The notes below the pieces were generated by a model. That model was not told the DNA's origin. It ran no database searches and saw only the letters and a list, made by a program, of their open reading frames with translations. Source: Malacoraja senta (Eukaryota). Taken from it: 64,000 nucleotides of DNA. Of this stretch, positions 1-13,232 are shown piece after piece. Location of the stretch: the NCBI GenBank assembly GCA_038087875.1, contig CM075989.1, positions 16,618,001 to 16,682,000 of the forward strand, in the 5' to 3' direction. The number at the start of each line of letters is the position of its first letter. Position 1 is the stretch's first letter. The translations under genes and the position numbers were made by a program.

Positions 1-35
1 TTTAACTGTCCCAGTTTTGAGATCCAGAATACGAC
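1..35 (-). CDS. ARNT2: ARNT2 next PAS-A exon, partial (G-RILDLKTGTVK...), truncated by the window edge
   Basis: Acceptor aacatag| at 36, then GT CGT ATT CTG GAT CTC AAA ACT GGG ACA GTT AAA. Phase 1 matches the previous exon. The intron 36-31305 is about 31.3 kb. Confidence 0.95.
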
Positions 36-462
36 CTATGTTTGAAGAGGAAACAAAATAGATTATGGAAAATTACCTCCAGAGCTGTTAATTCTGGAAG
101 CCCAGACTATGGGCTGAGATAAGGTTACATACAACAAATGGTGCAGATGCATCAACAATAATTGCAATAATTTGCATTCATGTAGAACCATTAAGATAGT
201 AACATGTCCCAAGGTTTTGTCACAGGCTTTATCAGAAACAAAAACAAGATAAAGGAATGATTTAAGGACAAGATGGGCCTAATTGGATTGGAATTTTACA
301 TTCATCTGGATACAATATTGCATTTAGCAATTTGAAATCATTTTCTTCGTTTTTTTAGATGCTGGGTGTTAGTCCCAATATTGCCAGTGTCAACCTCCTG
401 TTAATTCATTTTTTGTAGCTTTACCTGTCTATTCTCATCCCCATTTGCCCTCAATTTTACTT

Positions 463-1203
463 ATAGAGTCATGGAGTGATACAGCATGGAAACAGGGTCT
501 TTGGCCCAGCTTGCCCACACCGGCCAACATGTCCCAGCTACACTAGTCCCACCTGCCTGCGTTTGGTCAAAATCCCCCCAAACCTGTCCTATCCTTGTAC
601 CTGCCTACCTGTTTCTTAAACGTTGGGATAATCCCAGCCTCAACTACCTCCTCTGGTAGCTTGTTCCATATATCCACCACCCTTTGTGTGAAAAAGTTAC
701 TCCTCAAATTCCTGTTAAATCTTTTCCCCTTCACCTTAAACCTATGTCCTCTGGTCCTTCGATTCACCTACTCTGGGCAAGAGACTCTGTGCATCTACAT
801 AATCTATTCCTCTCATAATTTTATACACCTCTATTTGATCACCCCTCATCCTCCTGCGCTCCAGGGAATAGTCGCAGCCTACTCAACCTATAGCTCAGTC
901 CCTGTAATCCTGGCAACATCTTCGTAAATCTTCTCCGTACCCTTTCCAGCTTGACATCTTTCCTATAACATGGTGCCCAGAACTGAACACAAAACTCTAA
1001 ATGCGGTCCCACTAACGTCTTATACAACTACAACATGACCTCCCAACTTCTATACTCAATACTCTGACTGATGAAGGCCAATGTGCCAAAAGCCTTTTTG
1101 ACCACCTTATCTACCTGCGACTCGACCTTCAAGGGACCATGCACCTGCGCTCTTAGATCTCTCTGCTCTGCAACACTCCCCAGAGACCGACCATTCACTG
1201 CGT
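463..1203 (-). mobile_element. 5'-truncated CR1 LINE 3' fragment
   Basis: ORF pieces RTRGH...FFTQRVV..WNKLP and PHLEFCVQFWAP, with a CR1-type 3' tail. Confidence 0.9.
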
Positions 1204-1719
1204 ATTGTTTACTCCTTCACATGATATGAGCGTTGATAATGAGGTCATGAATATTGCCAGTGTCTACGATATGAGACGATAAAACTTTATTCATCCCTGG
1301 AGGGAAATTGGTCTATGCCATTTCTGATGATAAATCGAGTAACGATGGCAACGAGAGATGTTCTTCATTTAAGACATTCAAATGGGTTTTTACAGCAATC
1401 TGGTGCTTCATGGTCGATCTTACTGATGCATGCAATTCATATGAGATTTATTTCACGTTTTCATTTAACTTCCTCGGCTTCCATTGAACCACAAAAGATT
1501 CACGGAAACCATTTGAACCCAACTCTCTATTGGAGTAATCCAAATAGTCCTACTCCACCATCCATTCACTAAAGTCCAACAATATATGAAAATCAAAAGA
1601 ACCACGAGTGCTTTAAATTTAAAATAAAAACAGTTGAAGACGGAAACATTAACTCAGTTTCCCTTCCAATAGAAGAGTATTTCCAGCATTTTCTACCCAA
1701 CAATTTGTGTTTTCTAAAG

Positions 1720-2390
1720 AACTTATTCAGGTCTTTTTTCAATGTCTTCACTGAAGTCTCAACAACTCCCTTCTATTCACTTGTGGCAAGGAAATATTTT
1801 GCTCAAGCTACATTAGACTCTTTTGCAAATCACCTTCTGGTCAATGTTTTTCTACTGCAAACTGTTTCACTCTTCATTCACATCCTTCAAAACTTTAAAT
1901 ACCATTATCAAATTTATGCGCACCATCCTGTATTCCAAACAGGACATCAGATTCTCCAGTCTACTCGCATATCTAAAATTACCTGCTCCTGAAATCATAT
2001 GCTCTAAGGTGGTCGCATCTTTCCTAATATATAGTCCAGAATTGGACACAATTCATGCAATCAAAAAAGTGATCTACAAAAGTTCAGCATGACTTGCTTC
2101 CTCCTGTACTCTGTGCCTCTGTTTATGAAGCCAAGGATCCTGTATGATCCTTCAATCATTTTCTCAGCTTGCCCAGCCACTTTCAATAATTCATGCACAA
2201 TGACATCTGGAATACTCTGCTCTGATACCCCTTTTGAGACAATTCCCACTAGCATATATTGTCTCTTCTCATTTTGCTCACCAAATTAAATTTCACCTGC
2301 TATATATGCTTTCCATCGGCCTCTCTATTTCCTCTTGGTTTTCTGCTGCTTGTTCACATTTCACTACAATTATAAGTTTTGAATCATCTG
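1720..2390 (-). mobile_element. Old CR1-like LINE fragment
   Basis: Degenerate ILGFINRGTEYR and LEYRMVRINLIMVFKVLK peptides. Confidence 0.7.
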
Positions 2391-3890
2391 ACTCCACAAT
2401 TTGAGATTTGTAACATGTGGTTAAAGTGCACATTGTCAGATTTCAATAAAGGCCATTTTTATACAATTTGGTTTCACCATGTAGAAATTACAACTGTGTT
2501 TACACATAGTCCCCCCCATTTCAGGGCACCATAATGATTGGGACACATGGCTTCACGGGTGTTTGTAATTGCTCAGGTGTGTTTAAATGCCTCCTTAATG
2601 CAGGTATAAGAGAGCTCTCAGCACTAGTCTTTCCTCCAGTCTTTCCATCACCTTTGGAAACTTTTATTGCTGTTTATCAACATGAGGACCAAAGTTGTGC
2701 CAATGAAAGTCAAAGATGTCATTATGAGACTGAGAAACAATAATAAAACTGTTAAGAGACATCAGCCAAACCTTAGGCTTACCAAAATCAACTGTTTGGA
2801 ACATCATTAAAAAAAGAGAGCACTGGTGAGCTTACTAATCGCAAAGTGACTGGCAGGACAAGGGAAACCTCCACAGCTGATGACAGAAGAATTCTCTCTA
2901 TAATAAAGAAAAATCCCCAAACACCTGTCCGACAGATCAGAAACACTCTTCAGGTGTGGATTTGTCAATGACCACTGTCCGCAAAAGATTTCATGAACAG
3001 AAATACAGAGGCAACACTGCAAGATGCAAACCACTGCTTGGCCGTAAAAATAGGATGGCCAGGTTACAGTTTGCCAAGTAGTACTTAAAAGAGCAACCAC
3101 AATTCTGGAAAAAGGTATTGTGGACAGATGAGACAAAGAATAACTTATATCAGAGTGATGGCAAGAGCAAAATATGGAGGAGAGAAGGAACTGCCCAAGA
3201 TCCAAAACATACCACCTCATCTGTGAAACACGTTGATGGAGGCGTTATGGCCTGGGCATGTATGGCTGCTGAAGGTACTGGGTCGCTTATCTTCATTGAT
3301 GATACAATTGATGATGGTCGTAGCATAATGAATTCTGAAGTGTATAGACACATCCTATCTGCTCAAGTTCAAACAAATGCCTCAAAACTCATTGGCCGGC
3401 AGTTCATTCTACAGCAAGACAATAATCCCAAACATACTGCTGAAGCAACAAAGGAGTTTTTCAAAGCTATAAAATGGTAAATTCTTGAGTGGCCAAGTCA
3501 ATCACCCGATCTGAACCCAATTGAGCATGCCTTTTATTTGCTGAAGAGAAAACTGAAGGGGTCTAGCCCCCAAAACAAGCATAAGCAAAAGATGGCTGCA
3601 ATACAGGATATGCAACAAAATACTAAACATGACTACTTTCATTTACATGACATTGCTGTGGCCCAAACATTATGTGGCCCTGAAATGGGGGAACAATGTA
3701 TAAACTGTAATTTCTATGCTGTAATTTATATATGGTGAAACCAAAATGTATACAAATGGCCTTTAATAAAATCTGACAATGTGTACTTTAACCATGTGAT
3801 TTTTCTTTCTATTAAAAATCTCAAATTGTGAAGTACCGAGGCGAATAAAAAAATGATGGGTTTTTGTCCCAAACAATATGGAGGGCACTG
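2391..3890 (+). mobile_element. Tc1/mariner (DD34E) DNA transposon, decayed, left TIR truncated
   Basis: WTDETK, QQDNNPKHT, WPSQSPDLNPIE with stops and frameshifts. The right TIR ends ...GGAGGGCACTG at 3890. Confidence 0.92.
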
Positions 3891-4434
3891 CAAATTATTT
3901 CCAAAAGTCCAAGCCCATATGCTATGCACATCATTTTCTCTTTTCTGATCAAATTACATTTCCATTTCCCAGCCAGGTCTTGAATTGTCAGCTTCCCTTC
4001 CACACAACACTTTGACATTTTGCAGTGTCTATCAGTCCTCAAGTCTATCAAGTTTTGATACATCAGTAGATTATCAGATTTACATAGAATGTTACAGATT
4101 TAGAGGGTATATTAGCCTACAGGGCATAATGAAGAATATAGTCTAGCAACTTGGCATACTGGAGATGTGATAAACCTCTCATCAGTATTTGGCAGTGTCA
4201 TGGGATGAGAGGTTTGTGAGCAAACAGCATTGCTTCTAAAAGCAGCAACAGGATGATTCCTCATGTGAAGGTCCCTGCACATTCTGTATCAGACTCACCA
4301 GCGGTTCACAGCCAATCCTTTATGTGCCTGATTCAATACCAAATGCCCATTCTAACTTGCACTGTACTGTTTAATAACATTTTGACTAGATTCATCAGGA
4401 AGAGATACATGAGTTGGTATAGGAGTTACTGAAT

Positions 4435-4882
4435 ACTTTTACTCCCCCTCCCATTCCCATAGTGACCTTTCTGTCCTGGGCCTCCTTCACTGTCAGAGTG
4501 AGGCCAAATGCAAAATGGAGGAAGAGCACCTCATATTTTGCTTGGGCAGCTTACAACCCAATGGTATGAATATTGAGTTCTCTAACTTCAAGTAACCCTT
4601 GCTATCCCTCTCTCCCCCACCCTAGTTCTCCTTCTAGTTTCACTGTCCTCCTGGTTAATCGTCGTCACCTTCCCCTCATCCAACAATGATGCATTGTACA
4701 TTTTCTTGTTCAGTCTGCTTTGATCTGTTCTTTTCACACCTGACATGTTCTTTGTACCCTTCTATACCTTGTTTCCCTATCCCCTGACTCGCAGTCTGAA
4801 GAAGGGTCTTGACCCGAAACAATACCCATTCCTTCTCTCCAGAGATGCTGCTGAGTTACTCCAGCAATTAGTGTCTATCTAC
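4435..4882 (+). mobile_element. Penelope-like element 3' fragment (GIY-YIG C-terminus plus pseudo-LTR with hammerhead-like core)
   Basis: Reads SHSDLSVLGLLHCQSEAKCKMEEEHLIFCLGSLQPNGMNIEF. CTGAAGAAGGGTCTTGACCCGAAAC at 4796. Confidence 0.8.
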
Positions 4883-5026
4883 AGGAGTTGGTCGCCAGGT
4901 TATGCATGATGCTTTGGGAAGAACTGCCTCTGTGAGTTCCTGAGGCATTCAACACCTATTTCCAATGGCACTCTTTCGGTTGCTGCTGTATTTATTTAGG
5001 CCAGCTTGGTGCAGATAAGAGTAGAT

Positions 5027-5995
5027 TAATGAATTGGACGAGGGAATTGAATGCAACATCTCCAAGTTTGCGGATGACACGAAGCTGGGGGGCAGTGTTA
5101 GCTGTGAGGAGGGTGCTAGGAGGCTGCAAGATGACTTGGATAGGCTGGGGGAGTGGGCAAATGCATGGCAGATGCAGTATAATGTGGATAAATGTGAGGT
5201 TATCCACTTTGGTGGCAAAAACAGGAAAGTAGACTATTACCTGAATGGTGGCCGATTATAAAAAGGGGAGATGCAACGAGACCTGGGTGTCATGTTACAC
5301 CAGTCATTGAAAGTAGGCATGCAGGTGCAGCAGGCAGTGAAGAAAGCGAATGGTATGTTAGCATTCATAGCAAAAGGATTTGAGTATAGGAGCAGGGAGG
5401 TTCTACTGCAGTTGTACAGGGTCTTGGTGAGACCACACCTGGAGTATTGCGTACAGTTTTGGTCTCCTAATCTGAGGAAGGACATTCTTGCCATAGAGGG
5501 AGTACAGAGAAGGTTCACCAGACTGATTCCTGGGATGTCAGGACTTTCATATGAAGAAAGACTGGATAGACTCGGCTTGTACTCGCTAGAATTTAGAAGA
5601 TTAAGGGGGGATCTTATAGAAACTTACAAAATTCTTAAGGGGTTGGACAGGCTAGATGCAGGAAGATTGTTCCGATGTTGGGGAAGTCCAGAACAAGGGG
5701 TCACAGTGTAAGGAGAAAGGGGAAATCTTTTAGGACTGAGATGAGAAAAACATTTTTTACACAGAGAGTGGTGAATCTCTGGAATTCTCTGCCACAGAAT
5801 GTAGTTGAGGCCAGTTCATTGGCTATATTTAAAAGGGAGTTAGATGTGGCCCTTGTGGCTAAAGGGATCAGGGGGTATGGAGAGAAAGCAGGTACAGGAT
5901 ACTGAGTTGGATGATCAGCCATGATCATATTGAATGGCGGTGCAGGCTCGAAGGGCCGAATGGCCTACTCCTGCACCTATTTTCTATGTTTCTAT
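5027..5995 (+). mobile_element. 5'-truncated CR1 LINE with TAGAT target-site duplication
   Basis: KFADDTKLGG, RPHLEYCVQFW, FFTQRVVNLWN, ttctatgt tail. TAGAT at 5022-5026 and 5996-6000. Confidence 0.93.
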
Positions 5996-6655
5996 TAGAT
6001 AGCAAACAGTACCTGTCAGGAATGGTTGGCAAACAACTTGGTGCTCTCTCTGTTGGAAAATAATGGGTGTCAATGCCTAGATTGCAATGTGATCTTACTA
6101 TCTTCCTTCCCTCCATGGCTCACTCAGAGCTGCAACATCAAAGTCATAAATCTGTCCATCTGGAGACACATTAAATATGACCTTAACCACACAGCAGCTT
6201 TAAAAGATACTAGACAAAGGGGGATCCGTTGGGTCCCATCCCCTCAGGAGCAACTAGTTAATTCAAAGAGCCAGTTCTTCAAATACTGAACTGAATCTGG
6301 AGGGTCCTGACCAGAAACATCAGTTGTCAATTTCCCTCCACAGATGCTGCCTGACCCGTTATGTTCTTCCAGCACTTTGTTTTTTTTTGTTCAAGATTCC
6401 AGCATCTAGTCTCGTGTCTTCAAAAAAACATGTTCACGGTGTAACATCGAAGACACAAGCAACTGCAGATGCTTAGGGATAGGTTCATCCCTTCCTGTTG
6501 TGTTACATTTAACTTCCCACCTTCCTTCTTGTCAGATTCCACCATTTGCACCATTGTCTTTTTCATCTCCAACCTTGGTTACTATCTCCAACTTCTCTCT
6601 TCCCTACTGTCTCGTCTGCCAATCAACCCCTTTCTCACCTGCATCCACCCATCAA

Positions 6656-6667
6656 TCTATATTTAAA

Positions 6668-6698
<31 letters not shown>

Positions 6699-7745
6699 TT
6701 CTGCCTGTGTGTGTTTCTGCCTGTCTTGTGGGTGCCAGCCTTCCTTTGATTCGTTGCTACACCAAAACCACACGCAGAAACGCAGAGATTTTTTCAATTT
6801 CGGTAGAGATTTCACTTTTCATTCCAAGTATCCACTACTGATTAAATTTCATTGTGTTTAGGTACACATTTTTAATAAAATCCTTCTCCCACCCCCCCCC
6901 CCCCAACAAAATCTCAAAATGTTAAAAGAAAAACAACAGCTCTCACCCATAGAATGTTGGTGAACGTTCCATCGTGTGATGTCACAATGCCCAATGCTCA
7001 CAGATGTCCAATCGGAATGGATCCATTTACATATGCCTTTGCAGCAGCCCAAGCCCCAGCCCCTCCCCCCCACCCCCGCAGCCTGTGTCGAAGCGCGTCA
7101 TCGCGTGTGTGGGAATAGAGAAATAGGATTGGGGGTGATGGGGAATGGGGAACAGATGGACTGTCCCTACCCTTCCCCCTTCCACTCTCCCTCCCCACTA
7201 TTTCCCCTCTCCCCCCCACCCCTCTCCCCCTCCCTCCACACTCTTCCGCTTCCCTCCCCTACCCCATCTCCCTCCTCCCCTCCCTCCCCCATACCTCTCC
7301 CCCTCCCCCATCCCTCTCTCCTCCCCTTCTCCATCTCCCTCTCCTCCCACCCCATCCTTCTCTCCCCCACCCCCTTCCCTCTCCCCCACCCCTTCCCTCT
7401 CTCCCCCACCCTCTCCCCTCTCTCCCCCACCCCTTCCCCCTCCATCCACACTCTTCCCCCTCTAGCCCCTACCCCTCTCTGCTCTCTCTTTGATTTTTAT
7501 CTTTTTCTCTGCCCTCTCTCTCTTCCACTCTGTCTGTGCACACTCTCTGCCCCCCCCCCCCAGACGCACCTGAGAGGTGAGGGCTATTCGTCAGTGGATA
7601 GGGTGGAGATGGGATAAAAGAAGCCAATTAATAAAATTAAGATAATATCAAGGGGTTTGATGAGTGTGTGTGTTTGTGGGTGCCAGATTCCCACCCCGCA
7701 ACCGTGTTTGGAGGAACAGACCCAACGGGTCTGCACTTTGTCTAG
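6656..7745 (+). mobile_element. Non-autonomous Helitron
   Basis: A|TC 5' end (TCTATATTTAAAAC). 3' hairpin CAGACCC-AAC-GGGTCTG (7717-7733) then CTAG|T. No TSD. Internal (TG)n and C-rich tracts. Confidence 0.82.
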
Positions 7746-9021
7746 TCACTCTTAAAACACAAAGTGCTTGAGTAACTCAGTGGGTCAGGCAGCATCCCTA
7801 GAGGACATGGATAGGTGGTGTTTCGGTTCTCCTCACCTCTTTCTATCTTCCCTCTACTCCATCAATCTGAAGAAAAGTCCCGGATAAAAACGTCACCTGT
7901 TCACTTCCTTCCACAGAAGCTGCCTTGCCCACTGAGTTTGGATACTGTAGCATTGACTGATACTTCAAAGCCAACAAAACCCACGGTATGGGACATTATG
8001 GCTCTGTACCTTTGTAAACACGTTGGGGAAGACAATAAATTAATGTTTCTGTTAATCGGCCCTTCTTGAAACCGCATGATGGAATCAGAGAAGGCCTTTA
8101 GTGGCCATCTCTTGTGTTGACACATCAGTCACTTAATACTCAGTTCAGGACATGTCTGTTTAGTCGATTAATACTCAGTCTGTTTGCATAATCAGGGAGT
8201 CATCCTTCAGCACTGTAATAAGAGGAATGTGTTTTGGATGTCTGGTATTTGATGCTCAGAATTCCTCAAACCAGCCACCATCAGTTGGGATGTGGTCCCA
8301 TTGTAAATATGTAATCCTGCAAAATTACCTGTCTACGCTCAATATTAAAGTAGGTAATTATAGTCACTGAAACTATAGTTAATCATTTATTGTCGTCTTT
8401 AGAAAGTATAAAACATCACTGTAGTGTCAGGAGGGGATAATTAGATTCTCCAGAAGACCTCTTTGTGTTGAGATTGAGATTAGTTTATTGTCATATGCAC
8501 CGGAGTGCAATGAAATTCCTTGTTCACATTAAGCTTACTGAGCAATGACAAATGCAATAATAACTACAACGATGAGTGCAAAACAGCAGAATGATGAAAG
8601 ATTGTAGTTCCATCAATAAAGACCTTTTGCATCTACAAGCTTCAGTCTCCAGTGGCTTAGTCACAGTCACACCACATACATCCCACATTCACCTCCATAT
8701 TAAAGCTTGGTCATTCTAAGGACATTAAGTAAATGATCACTCTCATTTCAAGAATAATAAACCCAGTCAATTAAATTTTGTTAATCTAGTTAGAAACAAA
8801 ACTGCACATTGCTGTTTTCTCATGACTGAGAAAAAAAATATCAACCCATTAATCTCTCAATTCCAATTACATTTCCATTCAGCTCCTCCACAACGCAATC
8901 TCATCTGGTGTTGAAATCGTCATCTTTGCCTTCTGCCATGTTCAAGCTCCAATAGTCCAAAACTCCCCTTGCTCCATAGTCCAAAACTCCCCTTATCTGT
9001 TTTTTTTAAGTTAATTTTTTT

Positions 9022-9330
9022 AGTTTAGAGATACAGGGTGGAAACAGGCCCTTCGGGCCACAGCGTCCACGCCGACCAGCGATCCCCGCACATTAATACT
9101 ATCCTACACCCACTAGGGACAATTTTTACATTTACCAAGCCAATTAACCTACAAACCTGTATGTCTTTGGTGTGTGGGAGGAAACCGAAGATCTCGGAGA
9201 AAACCCACGCAGGCTTACGGGGAGAACGTACAAATGCTGTACAGACAGCACCCGTAGTTGGGATTGAACCTGGGTCTCCAGCGCTGCATTCGCTGTAAGG
9301 CAGCAACTCTACCGCTGCGCCACCGTGATT
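9022..9330 (-). mobile_element. tRNA-derived V-SINE (HE1-like)
   Basis: Head GGTGGCGCAGCGGTAGAG (A box) and GGTTCAATCCC (B box), V-core gtgggttttctccg..ggtttcctcccac, CR1-like tail. Confidence 0.85.
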
Positions 9331-10149
9331 GCCGTGTTGAGATAGCATGCGCAACAAAGCTTTTCGGTACAGGTGACAATAATAATACACCTAAACCTCT
9401 CCATACCACACCGACCAATCTCCTGATAACACCGGTTGGTCTCCTCCTTTGACATGACATCCATTCTTCTATAATTATTCCTCTGTAAAATAATTTGTGA
9501 TGGTTTTCCAATTACTTGATCTAAATACAAAATGTTATCAGCAAATGTTAATGTACCTTCGGTAATACTATTACTTGTAGGTCCTAGACTTTCTCCATAG
9601 CCTGGGCATAATCTCAACATTTTCGATCAAGCATTTGCCTGCAAATCGCTGATGAGATGCTAATGAGGGGGGATATCCTGGGCCACAAAATTTTCAGTGG
9701 TATCGGGTACAAACTGCTACAAGTTAGAACAGATTCACCAACTTGTTTATTCAATAAACAGACCTTTGAACCTTTGAGTTGATTTACTTACTGGGTGGAC
9801 CAAGATTTTCAAAACCTTGCGTGAGGTTAAAAACAGAATGATAAGTAACTTAATGCAAAGTGCTCTTTAAATTCAGAAAAACAGAGACAGGATTTATACA
9901 AAAAACTTGTGATTAAAATACTTTTATTCACTGATGCATTCATAAACGGTAATTAATTAAAAATGATAAAAATGAAAACAATAAACAAGATAAATAGTTT
10001 TTTTGTCAATGCATGTGCTTCCATATGATGCGAGAAATTCTTCATTACCCGTGGTTTTTCAAAATAAGTGTAATTTTACCAAGTAATAATGGTCAAGTTT
10101 ATAAAGAGTTCTGCACTTTAGAACGCCTGGACCCAGCACATTACTGAAA

Positions 10150-10715
10150 TCATAAAGACTATCAACGACTTTCTTGAATGTTAACAGGTGTACAATAGGG
10201 AGCATATTGACTGGTTGCATCACAGCCTGGTTCAGCAACTCGAACGACCAAGAACAAAGGAGATTACAAAAAGTGGTAAACAATGACCGTTCCATCATGA
10301 GTACTGACCTCCCCACCATCTAAGGTATGTACAGGGGGTGCTTCTTCAGAATGTCAGCCAGCATTATCAAGGATCCACACAACCCTGGCCATGTTCTCAT
10401 TTCATTACTGCCATGGGGAAGGAGGTATAGGAGTCTGAAAACTGTGACCTCCTAGTTTAGGAACAGCTTCTTCCCAATAACCTACAAAGAGCAACTAAAC
10501 TTAGAACTACGAACTGTCTTGGTTGCAGTAGGCACTTGGGCTTTTGTTTTGTTTTGGCCTATTATTTGTTTTGGGCTATTCGTTTTGGGCTTTAAAAAAA
10601 AAAAAAAATTGTTCATAATGGTATATATTGAGTATTGTGTTTACAGATCTGTCATGCTGTGCAAATAAGAACATTGTTCTGTTTGCATACATATAACAAT
10701 TAAACATTTTTAATT
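10150..10715 (+). mobile_element. Rex1/Babar-like LINE 3' fragment
   Basis: Resembles the 3' ends at 48585-49215 (gagcatattgactggttgcatcac, aggaacagcttcttccc). Confidence 0.7.
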
Positions 10716-10814
10716 CTCTGTCCTGAAAGTTGCCTTGCCAATACTAATGCTCACATGATTAAAAACATCTTCCTCATCTACCCATCAGAATCAGTTCTGC
10801 TGTAAAAATCCATA

Positions 10815-11700
10815 CAGACACACCCCCACTTATGTAATAGGCCACTTAGGTAAACTCGCTCGCAATTACAAAGCCCACTGCTTTATTTCCGAATTGAGCA
10901 TCTAGGTAGCAGTGCGCTATTGCATATGCGGCCATTTCCGCAAGCCAGTCAGCTGTTCTTGTGGATGTTCCCACGTGGCCTCCGCTTCAGATCTCCCACA
11001 TGGTCTTCGCGTCGGAGCTCCTAGGTGGTCTACACAGTACGAATAGTAAATTTACACGCACGCAGTAGCACGTCCGTTTCCGACTAATGTAACATCTGAC
11101 TTATGTAAGAGTCCATGGGACGTAACCCTTCCATAAGGGTGCCACAGTGGCGAAGCGGTAGAGTTGCTACCTTAGTGTCAGAGACCAGGATTTGATTCTG
11201 TCTGTACGGAGTTAGTATATCCTCCCAGTAACAGCGTGGATTTCCTCCAATGGCTGTGCTCCAGTTTCCTCCCACAAAGGTGCAGCGGTAGAGTTGCTGC
11301 CTTAGAACTTCAGAGACCTGGGTTTAATCGTTATGAACGGTGCTGTCTGTATGGAATTTGATTCTTCTCCCCGTGATCGCGTGGGTTTTCTCCGAGTGCT
11401 CCGGTTTCCTCCCACATTCCAAAGACATACGGGTTTGTAGGTTAATTGTTTTTGCTAAATTGGTTCTAGTGTGTGTAGGATAATGTTAGTTTACTGGGAT
11501 AACTGGCCAGCATGGATTTGGTGGGCTGAAGGGCCGTTTCCTTGCTCTATCTCAAAACAAAAACTAAACTAAAATTGTAAAAATTGTCCCTTGTGTGTAG
11601 GATAGTGTTAGTGTATGGGGTTGGCTTGGACAGTGGGCTGAAGGGCCTGTTTCTGCACTGTACCTCTGCATCTGTATCTCTGCAATTAGGGGAGCATCTG
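10815..11700. mobile_element. Tigger/pogo-type MITE with a nested V-SINE cluster (11143-11675) in its right TIR
   Basis: TA|CAGACACACCCCCACTTATG left end. The right end gggacgtaacccttccataag...ggggagcatctg is split by tandem SINE head/body/tail pieces. Confidence 0.55.
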
Positions 11701-12820
11701 GTACTTGTGAATTCTTCATGAATTAGTTTCATCAGAACACCTTGGTGTTGTCTGCAGAATATCCTTCCACCAATATATACAATGCCCTGTAGTTTGCTAA
11801 TTTATCTTCGCAGCATTCCAAGTTTATGAAGTTTATCTTAGTAGTCTGATGGGATGGTGAATTATCAATGGATACCAGTAAAAACAAGACATGTAGGCCA
11901 GAATTTGATGCAATGGAGCAACTTGTGGTGTGCCCAGCTCTTGGACAACTTCCTTCACCTTTTGACTCAAACAATCTAGTTCTGTAACTTTCTTGAACCG
12001 GTAATACTGCAAAAAGGACAATGCTACATCTGGAACCCTGGCCAAAGATTGAACCGTGTTTATTTCCTGAACCAATTAGATACAGAGGTTAAGGAGGAAG
12101 TAGAACAATAGAGAAGGAAATTAGATGAATTAGATTGAAACCAAATTCAAAAAGAAAAATAATGGGGGAAAAACATGGATTAGGAAGAACCGGAAAAGAG
12201 AAAAGGAAGAGCAAGGGGAAAAAACTAAAACATTTAGCAAAGTAAATTTCAACAAAGAATTGCTAAAGAGAGAAATACCATACATATGTTAAACAACACA
12301 GATCATCCAAAAACTTCTGGCAATTCATAATCTATCGCGTTATTTTTTTCTTGCAATTAATTCTTGGTCAATTTACAGATCAATATCACTGCCTAATATT
12401 AAACTTGCCGTGACAGCAATTCTGGTGTAACGTATTTTACAGACTATTGTAAAATCACCACAATAGATCCATAAATATAAATAAGTTACATTAAAAATAC
12501 ACTCAAGGTTAAGATAGATAATTTAACTGCCCTCTTAATCCAGCTATGCAGAAAAACCACATACGTCTTCATCTCTACATTTTGTGCTTTTTAAATGAGT
12601 CTGCATTACCTTTTAAGTAAAGAAAATATGACCAAAAATGGACAATCCTGATATTTTTTTAAACGATCAACGAACTTCAGAATTATGGAGTTGTAGGATC
12701 ACACAGCACAGATTCAGACCCTTTAGTGCTCCATTAAGTACATGTTTCTACTGATATGAGGCAACAATATAATGAATGGATGAAATGCTGTATATGGCTT
12801 TCTCGCCTTCCCTCTTACAA

Positions 12821-12907
12821 GAGGTAATCAGAGTGCAGCGAGGTAATCAGAGTGCAGCGAGGTAATCAGAGTGCAGCGAGGTAATCAGAGTGCAGCGAGG
12901 TAATCAG
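12821..12907 (+). repeat. 19-bp tandem repeat GAGGTAATCAGAGTGCAGC x4.6 at the CR1 5' end
   Basis: Four identical units (12821-12896) plus an 11-nt partial. Confidence 0.95.
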
Positions 12908-13232
12908 TGGCAGTTGGAACGGAAGGGACGTCACGACCGCGGTGCCACAGGTGCCACAGGTGCGGCCCGGGCTGTCGCCGAGGGAGGAAGGACGGAGCCG
13001 CGGCTCGAGAGGCTAACAGAGCTAAGAGGTAGGCCACGCACTGCAAGGGAGCAGTGGACCAGACAGAAAGAGCGGACGGAATTACCACTAGACAGCCAAA
13101 CCAGTAGGTAATTTACGGCTGGGGTAAGTACTTTCCCATTTATAGGAGGTAGGATTATATAAATAAGGGGTGTTTTAATACAGTAATCCAGGTAGGGGAT
13201 TCTTAATAGGACCAGTTAATTACTTATATAAG

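Noticed and set aside
6976..7617. 213-aa Pro/Ser-rich ORF and its Gly/Glu-rich antisense ORFs
   Set aside because: Product of a C-rich low-complexity tract inside the Helitron; no domain.
9260..9325. tRNA-like A/B boxes
   Set aside because: SINE head followed by V-core and LINE tail, not a complete cloverleaf tRNA gene.
12821..12907. Regular direct repeats that could be mistaken for a CRISPR array
   Set aside because: Head-to-tail identical units with no spacers, in eukaryotic LINE context, with no cas genes.
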